Assembly: GCA_963822445.1 (NCBI GenBank)
Contig: CAWGHO010000002.1
Location: forward strand, 2,400,001-2,464,000
From: an uncultured Acidobacteriota bacterium
GTDB lineage: Bacteria; Acidobacteriota; Thermoanaerobaculia; Gp7-AA8
Length of the DNA: 64,000 bases
Reading direction: 5' to 3'
The notes under the pieces are model-generated. The model searched no databases. It worked only from the letters and a program-made list of their open reading frames with translations, and had not been told where the DNA came from. The translations under genes and the position numbers were made by a program. The stretch's first letter is position 1, and each line of letters opens with the position of its first letter. This document shows, in pieces, positions 1 to 10,100 of this stretch.

Positions 1-495
1 CCGCTGCGCTCGAGTCGTTCCGTCTCGTATCGATGCGTGTCGGGGTCGCTCTCCGGCGCCCGGACCATCACCATCTGGCGGCTCGATGTTTCGGCGAAAA
101 GATGCGCGCCGAGGTCGTAGCTGCCCATGTGCGCGGTGAGGATGATCGCTCCGCCCTCGTGGGCGAATGCAGACGCTCGAAGTTCTCGAGCCCGGCGAAC
201 TCCCAATCCGGCACGACGCGCATGCTCTTTGAAGCGCGCGTTGTCGGAGAGAGTCCAGGCGAAGTTCCACAGGACGCGGTAGGTGCGAAAGAAGTTCACG
301 AACGCCGAAGAGCCCGGAAGGATCGCTCTTCAGATTGTGCATGACCCCTCGGCGCCCCGCTCGCCAGAACAGGAAAAGCGCGGCCCACAGCGCCATCACC
401 GCGGGCTCGATCCAGATCGGAACGTTGATGACCGCCCAACGCAGAAGCTTCCGCCAGAACACGCCACGCGCGAGAAACGGCCGGAGGAACCTCAC
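1..495 (-). pseudogene. Lysophospholipid/lipid A-type (LpxL/HtrB family) acyltransferase, 5' part, runs off window; 3 apparent frameshifts
   Basis: Manual translation from GTG495 (overlaps upstream TGA): MRFLRPFLARGVFWRKLLRW...; switching frames near 328, 224 and 165 gives ...FAGLENFERL...GGAIILTAHMGSYDLGAH, matching the LPLAT H-x4-D/E motif. The breaks may be sequencing errors. Confidence 0.6.
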
Positions 496-1678
496 GGTTT
501 GATGATCTCGCCCAGGGTTCGATCGACCGACGGCAGTTGCGGCCGCAGCAGCCGGAAGATCGCGCCGTTCATCAGCGACTCGTCACCCGGATACGTGGGA
601 ACGAAATGCAGCGGAAATCGCTCGAAGATCTCCCGGTCGCTGCGCTTGCCGCATCGACTGCACGCGATGTCGCTTCTGCGCGAGCCGCGCTTCATTCGCG
701 ACGATCCAGTCGAGCGCGCGGAACTGCATCGTGGTCAGCGGATCATCGAGCGCGGCCAGTGGCTTCGGCCCGGCGATGCGGCGTTTCACGCGGCGAAGAA
801 AGGTCTGGCGCGGCGAGATGCGCGGATCCAGCGCCGCGCGCGACAACTCGCCCGCCCGCGGATTGCGTGTCGTCGCGTAGTGATGCAGCCGGTGCAGGTA
901 GGTGAAGAAAACGGCCGCGCCAGACTCGGCGAGGTTCTCGTAGTTCTTGATCGCGGTCTGCAGCGCGTTCCGTTCGAACAACACACCGCGCTCGAAATCG
1001 CCGAGGCGGTTGCTGGTCGTGCTCGACGCATGCCGGACGGTCGCTTGCGGCTCGAAGAGGACGCGCAGACCGGCGATCCACGCGCGCCATCCGAAGTCGA
1101 CGTCTTCGAGATACGCGAAATAGTCATCGTCGAACGCGCCGAGCTCCATGAGCGCTCTCGCGGCGCGAGATCATGTTGCCGCCGCACGCGAAGAGGATCT
1201 CCTCGCCGCTCTTCGGCTCTTCGCGCGATCCCAGCGGATAGCGGAAGCCGTTCTGGAACGCGTGACCATCGAAGGTGAGCATGCCGCCGATGAAGTCGAT
1301 GCGCGTGCCGGTCGGATCGACGATCTTTCCACCGACCGAAACGACATCCTCGGACGCCTCATCAATCGCGCGAACCAGTGCCGCCAACCAGCTGGGCTCG
1401 GGGACGGCGTCGTTGTTCAGGAAGATGACGTTGCGCGCGGTCGATCCCGCGAGTGCCGCGGCGAGGCCGCCCGTGAATCCGCGATTCTCCTGCAACGCGA
1501 AGAGCTTGATCTTCGGATACCGCGAGGTGATGGCGGTTGCGCTGCCGTCGGTCGAGCCGTTGTCGACCACGGTGATCGTCCCGTCCGCGATCTCACCCAG
1601 TTGCGCGGCGACCGCATCGAGGCACTCCAGTGTCTCGCGGCGGTTGTTCCAGTTGACGATGATGATTTCGGTGCTCAT
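492..1678 (-). CDS. GT2 glycosyltransferase, split by two +1 indels (~1156, ~649)
   Basis: MSTEIIIVNWN...VVDNGSTDGS...FLNNDA...FACGG (ORF 1124-1819) continues as GAFDDDYFAYLEDVDFGWR (583-1149) and KRSDREIF (492-695); ATG1678 overlaps upstream stop. Confidence 0.75.
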
Positions 1679-2892
1679 GAACGAAGGCGGCGCCGGAGCC
1701 GATGCAGGATCGATCGCGGCGGATCGGGGATCGCCGGTGCAGCGGCAAACGTTTCCTTGGTCGCGTCGGATTTCGGCGCGCGGCAGAACTCGCGCAACGG
1801 TCCGAGGGTCCGCGGCCATTGATGCTCGAAGACGAAGTGCTGCGTGCCGCGCACCATCGAGTAGTACGTCTCATGCGCGAGGATCAGCGCAATCACCTCT
1901 TTCGCGAACGCTTGTGGCGAATCGCTGCCGATGACCCGGCCGGCGTGATAGCGATGGAGGATCTCGTCGGTTCCCGGCGCAGAGCTCGTGACGACGGGCA
2001 GGCCGCACCAGAGGTAATCGTAAACGCGCGTCCGCATCGAAAGGTCCGTCTCCAGCGACCGCGGAAACGTCAGCAATGCCAGGGCGAACCGGTCGAAGAA
2101 CTCCGCGCGCTGCTCGTAGGCGACCCAGGGCTCGAACTTCACGAAGTCGTAATTGCGCTTCTGGCAGTACGCGATGGCCTCGGCCAGTTTTCCCTGCGGC
2201 GTGATCTCCGGATTCGGGTGCGTGGTGAAGGTGAGCGTCGTTCCCGGTAACGACTCGCGCGCGATGGCGATCGCGTCGATGGCGCAGATCGGGTCGTACC
2301 AGTCGTAAATGCCGCCGAAGAGGATCTCCGGCGTCTCGAGATTTCGCGTCGCCACCGCGCGCGGCTGCTGGACGCCGAAAGGGGCGATCGCAATCAGCGA
2401 CTCGGCGCGTGGATCGGATTCGAAGACGACCGGGTTCAGGCGGCCGGCGGCGATCAGCGTACCGAGATAGAAGAATCGCTGGGCTTCCGACGCGCAGAGG
2501 AAGAAGTCGCCGCGCACGAGCGAGTTCATCAGCGTCAAGTGATCGTGCGAAAACACGCCGGCGCCGCGCTCGGCGTAGTAGTGAAGATTCTCGACGATGA
2601 ACGGGTCGTACAGATCGACGACCGTCGGGATCGGCTTCGCGTCCATGAAGTAGCCGTTCGCGACATGGCCCTGCACGACGGCGAGGTCGTTGATCGCCGT
2701 GTGCTGGGCGATGGTCGGCGGATTGATGTAATCGCCGCGGCAGCCTTCGATCGCTCCCGCGTCGGGGGAGAGGATGGTGACGTCGTGACCGTCCGCGCGG
2801 AGCACGCGCGCGATCTCGAGAAAGCGGATGCCGACGCCGGCGGGCTGGCCGTGGCCGAGGGGCTCGGGACAGACGAGAAGGACGCGGGTCAC
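1675..2892 (-). CDS. GT-B (GT4-like) glycosyltransferase
   Basis: 405 aa; N-terminal RVLLVCPEP..GVGIRF..GHDVTILSP, C-terminal RTRVYDYLWCGLPVV. Confidence 0.75.
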   Translation of the reverse strand: MTRVLLVCPEPLGHGQPAGVGIRFLEIARVLRADGHDVTILSPDAGAIEGCRGDYINPPTIAQHTAINDLAVVQGHVANGYFMDAKPIPTVVDLYDPFIVENLHYYAERGAGVFSHDHLTLMNSLVRGDFFLCASEAQRFFYLGTLIAAGRLNPVVFESDPRAESLIAIAPFGVQQPRAVATRNLETPEILFGGIYDWYDPICAIDAIAIARESLPGTTLTFTTHPNPEITPQGKLAEAIAYCQKRNYDFVKFEPWVAYEQRAEFFDRFALALLTFPRSLETDLSMRTRVYDYLWCGLPVVTSSAPGTDEILHRYHAGRVIGSDSPQAFAKEVIALILAHETYYSMVRGTQHFVFEHQWPRTLGPLREFCRAPKSDATKETFAAAPAIPDPPRSILHRLRRRLRS

Positions 2893-4739
2893 CCGCGGCC
2901 TTTCATCTTTTCGACCATCGTGTGCAGCTTCCAGGTGCGCGAGCGGTAGATCATTTCCAGGAGGCCGTTGAGGCGATCGATCTCCACGCGGGCGCGCTCG
3001 AGCGCTCCATGGGTTTCGCCATTTGCGCCGCGGAGACTGTCGTTCTCGCGCTCCAGCCGTTCGATCTGGATTGCGCGTTCCTCGCTCTTTTCCACGACAC
3101 CGGAGAGCGTGTCCACGACGGCCTCGAGCTCGCGGACGCGGAGCATGTAGCCGTTCAGGTCATTCGTCTGGGCCGCGATCTGCGCGATCAGCTCGTTCTT
3201 CTCGCGCTCCAGGCGGGCTATATCGCGACGCGAGAAATCGACCTGGCCTTTCGATTCCACGAGTTGCGAGTAAACGTCGCCGGCGCGGCGCTTCTGCGTC
3301 GCGAACGCGCCGGCGATGACGTCGTTCGTGAGGAGCGCTGCGTGCTTCTTCCAGATCTGCTCTTTCGCGTCGCGAAACCGCTCCGATCCCTCCGGTGCCG
3401 CGAGGACCACCGACGATCCTCCCTCGAAGTGGCGGATCTCGCATGTGACGCGCGGGACGTGCACGAATGCGCCGGTCCGGGACAGGCGAATCACGAAGTC
3501 CCAGTCTTCGAACAGGTCGAACGCCGGATCGAAGCCGCCGAGATCGAGGAACGTTGCGCGCGCGACGAGCAGCGTCGGCAAGGGGATGTAGTTGTCGATG
3601 AGGAGCAGATCGGGATCGAAGTCCTGCGAGAACAGCCGCAACCGGGAGTGCGCTTCGGTCTGTCCGGACTTGAAGAACGCGGAAACGGCATCGGTGTAGG
3701 CCGCGACGGGTGCCTTCGCCGCGGCGAGAGTCGACAGGTGCTCGGGATAGTAAAGATCGTCATCGTCGAGGAAGGCGATGAACGCATTTTTCGCGGCGCG
3801 AACGCCGGCGTTGGCCGCTTCCGAGCGTCCCCGCGATTTCTCGTGATTGATCAGCGTGACGCCGTCGAGCTCCGGCCGCGCGCCTCCGTCGTTGACGACC
3901 ACGATCTCGCAGGGATACCCGTTGGCGCGGATCGACTCGATCGCCTCGCGCAGCAGCTCCGGCCGGTCCTTCGTTCGCACGATCACGCTGATCGGAAGCG
4001 TTTCTCCGGTGATCTCGATCTCCGGCGGCGCGCTCATGCGCCGGCGAAGCTCGCTGAAAGGTGTAGTGCGCAGGGACGGCAACTCCACGAGGTGATAGGC
4101 CTCGGCGAACGTCGCTGTTGGCGGCAGGGTCATGGCGCGATAGGCATTCAGACCGCGGGCGTAAGCGGTGTAGTCGCGCAGTGCGATCTGGGACGTGTGC
4201 TCGCCGATCGCCGCGTACTTGATCTCGGCGACGTCGGAGATGTCGACGATGGCGTTCGGCCGCAGCGGCGCGCTCACTTCGTAAAACGCGACGCGCGCGA
4301 CGGCGAGCTCCGCGAACAGCAGCGCATCGCGCTGCACGAGCTCGCAGAAAATGCGCGAGAGCGCGACGTGGTCGGGATGGATCTCGATGGGGCTGGGAAC
4401 GAGGACCAGGTCGGGACGAAAAGCCAGCAATTGCTCGTGGATCCGCGCCGCCGCGTCATTGGAAAGCCCGCGGTCCGGAAATCCGAGGAACTCGAGCTCC
4501 GCGCCTTCGCCGAGGCGGGCCACGCCACGCCGCGACTCTTCCTCGCGCGACGCCCGCCCGCCCGCCTCCGCACCATCGGTCATCACCACGATCCGCACCG
4601 CCCGCCGCTCGCGCAAATGCTGCGCGATCAGCCCCCCGCAGGCGATCACCTCGTCGTCGGGATGAGGCGCCAGAACGAGCAGCCGTTCGCCGCGGAGCAC
4701 CGTCGGCTCGTAGGGAATGGCGGAGGCCTCCGTGAACAC
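2889..4739 (-). CDS. PIG-L family deacetylase - GT2 - coiled-coil fusion
   Basis: APHPDDE and HPDH metal motifs; ISVIVRTKDR, VVVNDGG, AFLDDDD, FEDWD GT2 motifs; heptad-rich tail ending YRSRTWKL. Start trimmed to GTG4739. Confidence 0.85.
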   Translation of the reverse strand: MFTEASAIPYEPTVLRGERLLVLAPHPDDEVIACGGLIAQHLRERRAVRIVVMTDGAEAGGRASREEESRRGVARLGEGAELEFLGFPDRGLSNDAAARIHEQLLAFRPDLVLVPSPIEIHPDHVALSRIFCELVQRDALLFAELAVARVAFYEVSAPLRPNAIVDISDVAEIKYAAIGEHTSQIALRDYTAYARGLNAYRAMTLPPTATFAEAYHLVELPSLRTTPFSELRRRMSAPPEIEITGETLPISVIVRTKDRPELLREAIESIRANGYPCEIVVVNDGGARPELDGVTLINHEKSRGRSEAANAGVRAAKNAFIAFLDDDDLYYPEHLSTLAAAKAPVAAYTDAVSAFFKSGQTEAHSRLRLFSQDFDPDLLLIDNYIPLPTLLVARATFLDLGGFDPAFDLFEDWDFVIRLSRTGAFVHVPRVTCEIRHFEGGSSVVLAAPEGSERFRDAKEQIWKKHAALLTNDVIAGAFATQKRRAGDVYSQLVESKGQVDFSRRDIARLEREKNELIAQIAAQTNDLNGYMLRVRELEAVVDTLSGVVEKSEERAIQIERLERENDSLRGANGETHGALERARVEIDRLNGLLEMIYRSRTWKLHTMVEKMKGRG

Positions 4740-4745
4740 GGCGGC

Positions 4746-4846
4746 ATTGTAGTGGTTGCCCAGTTGGTTGTCGGGTTGTCCGGTTTTCCGGTTGTCGGGT
4801 GGATGTGACTGACAACCTGACAACCCGACAACCGGACAACTACAAT
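4746..4846. repeat. Inverted octamer tandem arrays (GGTTGTCS x4 / GACAACCN x4) with an outward TACAAT at each end
   Basis: Units at 4766-4797 and 4811-4842; TACAAT at 4751-4746 (-) and 4841-4846 (+). Confidence 0.85.
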
Positions 4847-4860
4847 TCACCCGGGTCTTG

Positions 4861-5904
4861 ATGTCAGACGACAAACAAAACGACGAGCTTGCGCGCCTCC
4901 GCACGCAGCACCGTCAGATCAGCGATTTGCTGGCGCTGATCCAGGAGCTGACCTCGCGCGTGGTGCGCAGTGAGTCCGCCGGGGACCTCTTCGGCGGCGC
5001 GTTTCCGACGCTGTTCCGCTGCGTGCCGTTCGACGTTGCGGTGGCGGTGATGCTCGAGCAGAACCTCGACCTCTACCTGACCACGCGCGAGGGGGCCGAT
5101 TCGCTCCTCAGCGACGAGTTCATCGCCCGGATCCGCGGGACGCTGGCGAAGGCCATCCCGGTCTCGTTCGAGTCGACGGAGGTCGTGGTGAAGGCCGAGG
5201 CGCATCACCTGCCGGCTGGGACGGGGGAGGGGGGAGGGCTCGAGTATTCGGCCCACGCGCTGCTGGAACGGGAAAAGCGCACCGCGGGCATGCTCCTGCT
5301 GTTCCGTTCCGATCGCGACTTCAGCGAGAACGAGCGCCAGATCCTCGCCATCTTCGCCACCCAGGTGGCCATGCTCCTCGGCACGATCCACGCGCGGGAG
5401 AAGATCCTCAATCTTGCCGACACGGACGATCTCACCGGCATCTGGAACCGGCGCTACTTCCGGCGGCAATTGCCGCAGGAGTTCGAGCGCGCCCGCACGT
5501 TCGGCGTGCCCCTGTCGGTGCTGCTCTTCGACATCGACGACTTCAAGCAGATCAACGACGGCTTCGGACACACCATCGGCGACGTCGTGCTGTCCGAGCT
5601 ATGCGGCGTGGTGCGTGAGGCCCTGCGGCCCACGGACTCGCTGGCGCGATTCGGCGGCGACGAGTTCGCGATCATCCTTCCGCACACCGATCTGACGGGC
5701 GCGATGGCGGTCGCGGATCGATTGCTGAATCGCGTGCGGTCGCTGACCGTGCCGACGGACGAGGAAGGAGCGATTCAGTGCTCGGTCTCCATCGGCATGG
5801 CTGAATTCCGGCGCGAGGACGCGACGGCGAGCGATCTGGTGCGCCGCGCCGACGAGCAGCTTTATCTTTCCAAACGCACGGGCAAGAACCGGTACAGTGC
5901 CTGA
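4861..5904 (+). CDS. GAF-like sensor diguanylate cyclase
   Basis: TDDLTGIWNRR, DIDDFKQIND, intact RFGGDEF, RxxD I-site (RPTD). Confidence 0.9.
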   Translation: MSDDKQNDELARLRTQHRQISDLLALIQELTSRVVRSESAGDLFGGAFPTLFRCVPFDVAVAVMLEQNLDLYLTTREGADSLLSDEFIARIRGTLAKAIPVSFESTEVVVKAEAHHLPAGTGEGGGLEYSAHALLEREKRTAGMLLLFRSDRDFSENERQILAIFATQVAMLLGTIHAREKILNLADTDDLTGIWNRRYFRRQLPQEFERARTFGVPLSVLLFDIDDFKQINDGFGHTIGDVVLSELCGVVREALRPTDSLARFGGDEFAIILPHTDLTGAMAVADRLLNRVRSLTVPTDEEGAIQCSVSIGMAEFRREDATASDLVRRADEQLYLSKRTGKNRYSA

Positions 5905-5907
5905 GCC

Positions 5908-6672
5908 ATGTCTCAGCAAGTGCGCTATCTCATCGCGAACTGGAAAATGAACCTGCCGCCGGAAGGCGTGAAGGGTTACGTCGGCACCCTCATCGAACGG
6001 ACGCAGAGCGACGTTTCCGTCGTGGTGGCGCCGCCGTTTCCCTTTCTCCTCGACACGCACGGCGTGCGGCTGGCGGGACAGAACTGCAGCGAGCATCCGT
6101 CCGGCGCGTTTACCGGTGAGGTCTCGGCCCAGATGCTTCATGACTGCGGCGCCGAAATGGTCATCCTCGGCCATTCCGAACGCCGCAATCTCTTTCACGA
6201 GACCGACGCGGTCATCGCCCGGAAATTGACGCTGGCCATCAACACCGGTCTCGCGCCGGTACTCTGCCTCGGCGAGGATCTCAAGGTGCGCGACGCCGGG
6301 CAGGTGGCGCGGTGCCTCGCGGATCAGATCAAGGCCTGCGCGGTCGACGCGCTGGAGACGGTGCAGGAGATCGTCATCGCTTACGAGCCGGTGTGGGCGA
6401 TCGGCACGGGGCGCAACGCCAGCGGGCAGATGGTCGCGGAAACGCTGGTCGAGATCCGCCATGCCCTGGAGCGATTCTGGCCCTTGCGTCTGGCCCGAAC
6501 GTCGATCCTCTACGGCGGCAGCGTCACCCCGGACAACGTCGGCGATCTGGTCGAAAACGGGACGATCGACGGGTTTCTGGTAGGGGGCGCAAGTCTCGAT
6601 TCTGCTAAGTTTTTGGCGATTCTCGCGGGCCTTGACGGGACCGGCGATTCCGGGAAGAATTCGCACCCCTGA
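5908..6672 (+). CDS. tpiA: Triosephosphate isomerase
   Basis: ANWKMN, GAFTGEVS, GHSERR, AYEPVWAIGTG, LYGGSV, GFLVGGAS. Confidence 0.97.
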   Translation: MSQQVRYLIANWKMNLPPEGVKGYVGTLIERTQSDVSVVVAPPFPFLLDTHGVRLAGQNCSEHPSGAFTGEVSAQMLHDCGAEMVILGHSERRNLFHETDAVIARKLTLAINTGLAPVLCLGEDLKVRDAGQVARCLADQIKACAVDALETVQEIVIAYEPVWAIGTGRNASGQMVAETLVEIRHALERFWPLRLARTSILYGGSVTPDNVGDLVENGTIDGFLVGGASLDSAKFLAILAGLDGTGDSGKNSHP

Positions 6673-6690
6673 CCCGTTAGGGAGTTTTCC

Positions 6691-6996
6691 ATGACCGTTT
6701 TGATCCTCATTCTGCACGTCCTCATCAGCCTCTTTCTGATCCTCGTCGTCCTTGTCCAGCAGGGCAAAGGCGCGGATCTGGCGGGCGCGTTCGGGGGCGG
6801 CGGATCGCAGACAGCATTCGGCGCGCGCGGCGCGACGACGCTCCTGCACAAGCTCACGACCGGGTTCTTCATCGCCTTCGTCATCACCTCAATGACGCTG
6901 GCGGTTCTTCAGGCCCGGCCGCGTGGATCAGTCATGGCCGGCGAGACCCCGGCGGCGCCGACGGTTCCGGCCAAGGCCCCTGCTCCCGCGAAGTAA
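6691..6996 (+). CDS. secG: Preprotein translocase subunit SecG
   Basis: Two TM helices around LVQQGKGADLAGAFGGGGSQTAFG; tpiA-secG-tRNA-Leu synteny. Confidence 0.96.
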   Translation: MTVLILILHVLISLFLILVVLVQQGKGADLAGAFGGGGSQTAFGARGATTLLHKLTTGFFIAFVITSMTLAVLQARPRGSVMAGETPAAPTVPAKAPAPAK

Positions 6997-7017
6997 GGAA
7001 ACGCAGCACCGCTCTTT

Positions 7018-7095
<78 letters not shown>

Positions 7096-7102
<7 letters not shown>

Positions 7103-7154
7103 GATCAGTAAGCAAACGAAAAGGCTCGCCATTCGGCGAGCCTTTTTCATTTGC
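7096..7154 (+). repeat. Direct repeat copy 1: tRNA 3' end plus terminator
   Basis: GGCACCAGATCAGTAAGCAAACGAAAAGGCTCGCCATTCGGCGAGCCTTTTTCATTTGC; 5 substitutions and 1 indel versus 11436-11493. Confidence 0.9.
7118..7148. terminator. Bidirectional intrinsic terminator
   Basis: AAAAGGCTCGCC-attc-GGCGAGCCTTTTT hairpin with A and T tails. Confidence 0.85.
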
Positions 7155-7195
7155 GAGCCTCGCGATTTAGGTAAGATTCCACCCACAACCCTCCC

Positions 7196-10100
7196 ATGAA
7201 TCTGCGTTGGCTCCTCGCTCTGTGCGTGCTCGTTTTCTCCGTCTCCGCGAAGGCCGGGATGCATGTCTGGACGGGTGCGGCGAACGACAGGTTTTCGGAT
7301 GCGGGGAACTGGATCGGCGGTTCGCCGGCCGGGGACGCGGAGGCGGAGCTTGTGTTTCCGGCGGGGCCGGAGCGGGTGGTGCTGACGAACGACATCACCG
7401 GCCTGACCGTGCGCACGATTTCCTTCAGCGGCGTCGCATACGCGATCGGTGGGTCGCCGATCACGCTGACGGGCGGTGCGGAGGTGTTCGATACGACGAG
7501 CGGGCCGAATGCGATCGCGTGCGACGTGCATCTGGCCGGCGGTGCGACGTTTCTCTCCGACCACTGGACTAACTATTCGTTCAACACTCCGTCGGGTCTG
7601 GAGTTTTCCGGGGTGATCGGCGGGACGGGGCCGCTGACCAAAGTCGGCTCGGGTGTGGTGATCTTCTCCGGCTCGCGCCCGAATACGTGGTCCGGCCTGA
7701 CCCGCGTGCTGGACGGCACGTTGCGACTGGCGAAAGAGCCGGGCGTGAATGCTGTTCCGGGCGACGTGAACGTCTCCGGCACCGGCTTCAACGGCCAGGA
7801 CGGGACACTCGCCGTCGCGGCGGCCCACCAGATTCCCGACACGGCGGCGATTCGCGTCGGCGGGCAGGCTCGCTTCCTCATCGAGGCGGACGAGATCGTG
7901 GGACCGCTGGAGGTCGAGGGAAACGCGGAGGTCAACGGCCGGCTGATCCTTACCAACGACGTCACCGTTCTTGACGGCTCTTCCTCTTCCGAGGTGCGGT
8001 TGTGGGGTTTCGCGCTGTCGGGCATCCGCACGATCCGGATGCTGGGTAGCACGAGCGTGAGCATCTATCGGATCAGTGACCACACGCCGGGCTCGGGTCT
8101 GATCCTCCGAACCGAGGGCGGCGCTCCGCGCTCGCTCAACATCGACGCCACGTACTTCGGCCCGACGATCATCGACATCGACGGGAGCGTGCGCCTCGTC
8201 AACCGGAATACGGCGGTCCGGCTGCGCCGAGGGACGTTCCAGGGTAACGTGGCATCGCTCGCTGCTGAAGGCGGAACCGTCGACGGAACCAGCGGCGGCG
8301 TGACGACGACGGGCGACCTGCGCGTACACGCCGCGGCCACAATGAAGCTGGCTGCCGACCAGTCTGTAGTTTCTGTCGGCGGCGTGCTCGACCTCCGTCG
8401 CGCGAAGCTCGCCCTCGACTACTACCAGTCCGTCACGCGCACACTCGGCGCGACCTACGCCGCGGTCAGAAACACAGGACCCGATCCGGTGAGCGGAACG
8501 TTCGCCGATGTTCCCGAGGGAACGATCTTGTCGGACCGATTCCGCATCTCGTATCGCGGCAACGACGGCAACGACATCACCATGACCGACGTCGGCAAGT
8601 TCGCCAGCAGCACCAGACTCGAGTACGAGCCCACGTATCTGGAAGGCGGCCGGCCGGTGACGCTCGTCGCCACGGTCACGATTCCACAGTTCGGCGGCAC
8701 GCCCACGGGCACGATCACCTTCCGCGAGGGCACGACGGTCCTCGGCACGGCGCCGTTCAGCTATCGGTCCAGCATCACCATCCAGCCCGAGCGGGGGATG
8801 CATACGTACACGGCGACGTTCGAGAGTCCCGACAGTTCGATCAAACCCTCGACCGGCACGGTGCAGGTCCCGGTTCCGGCGATTCGCGCGGAGCTCGATT
8901 CTGTCGAGCCGATGGAGGTGACTTCCGGCACGACCGTCGAGTTGATCCTTCGCGGCAGTGGCTTCCTGCCCGGAGGAGAGGTCGTGATCGACAGCAAGGA
9001 ATTGCCGTCGACGTTCATTTCGCCGAGCGAGGTGCGCGCGACGTGGAACGTGTACCACGTCGACTTCGACGCGTGGGCCGCTGTGATGTACCGCCAGCCA
9101 GGACCGGGCGCCGTGCCCTCCCCGCAGGTGCAGGTCAGGATCCGGAAGGTTGTCGATCCCTACGCGCTGTTGTTCGAGCCCAGCGCCGTGAGCGGCCGCG
9201 TGACGCCGGGCGGCAACGCGGTGTGGTTCAGCACTGCGTACCTGGGCGGCGGCACGTACGCGAGTCACGCCGAGATCATGAGCGACTCCGATGGCGACGG
9301 CGTGGTGCGCTGGGCACAGGTCAACGGAATCCCGTCGGTGAGCCTGTGGCTGCTGATCGACACGATCACCGCCAAAGTGTCGGGCGGGCGTCCGAATGGC
9401 TCCCCGGCCCAACGGTCATCGTTTCCGACGGCGATGTTCCTTCGCGACGAGCAAGGCCGCCACACCTACGCATACCTTTGCGCCGGCTTCGAAACGCACG
9501 TGCTGTGGATCCGGCCGAACCAGGGCGCGTGGTTCCTCTCCGGGTTCGACGGCAGCAACGCGGACATCGCCGAAGGCAGGAACGGCTGCTGGATGTTCCG
9601 CGCCTCGCAGATGTACGACATCATCGGCTCGCCTTCGTCGCCGCCACAGGCATTCGAGCGCGGGGACATCGTCGTCGGCATCGAGAGGACTTTCGACTTC
9701 ACCTCCTGGTTCGGCGACCGCATCGACCAGCACCTCGCCGAGTCGGACGGTCCGGGGACGATTGCGTTCGGCGAACGCACCGAGGTCGGCTTCACGGACG
9801 AAGGGGCCACGCAGCGCATGCCTCTGCTGCGCACTGGCGGCACGGACGGCCAGGTGTCGGTCGACTACACGACCGTCGATGGCACCGCGAAAGCGGGACT
9901 CCACTATGTTCCCGCGTCCGGACGAGTGACGTTCGGGCCGGGCGAGGTTCAGAAGTTCATCGAAGTGCGCCTGCTCAATGCAGGCGACTACGCGGGCGGC
10001 GCGAGGTTCAAAGTCGTCCTCCAGAATCCCGCCCGCGCGGCGATGGGCGACGTTCGGGAGCGCGTGATCACCATTAACGACCACGACGAGGCGCCGATGC

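Noticed and set aside
4740-4904. N-terminal extensions given by the ORF track (also 11586-13103, 45315-47027, 50306-52069 and others)
   Set aside because: They run through repeats or neighbouring genes; internal starts match family N-termini, stop/start overlaps or -10 spacing
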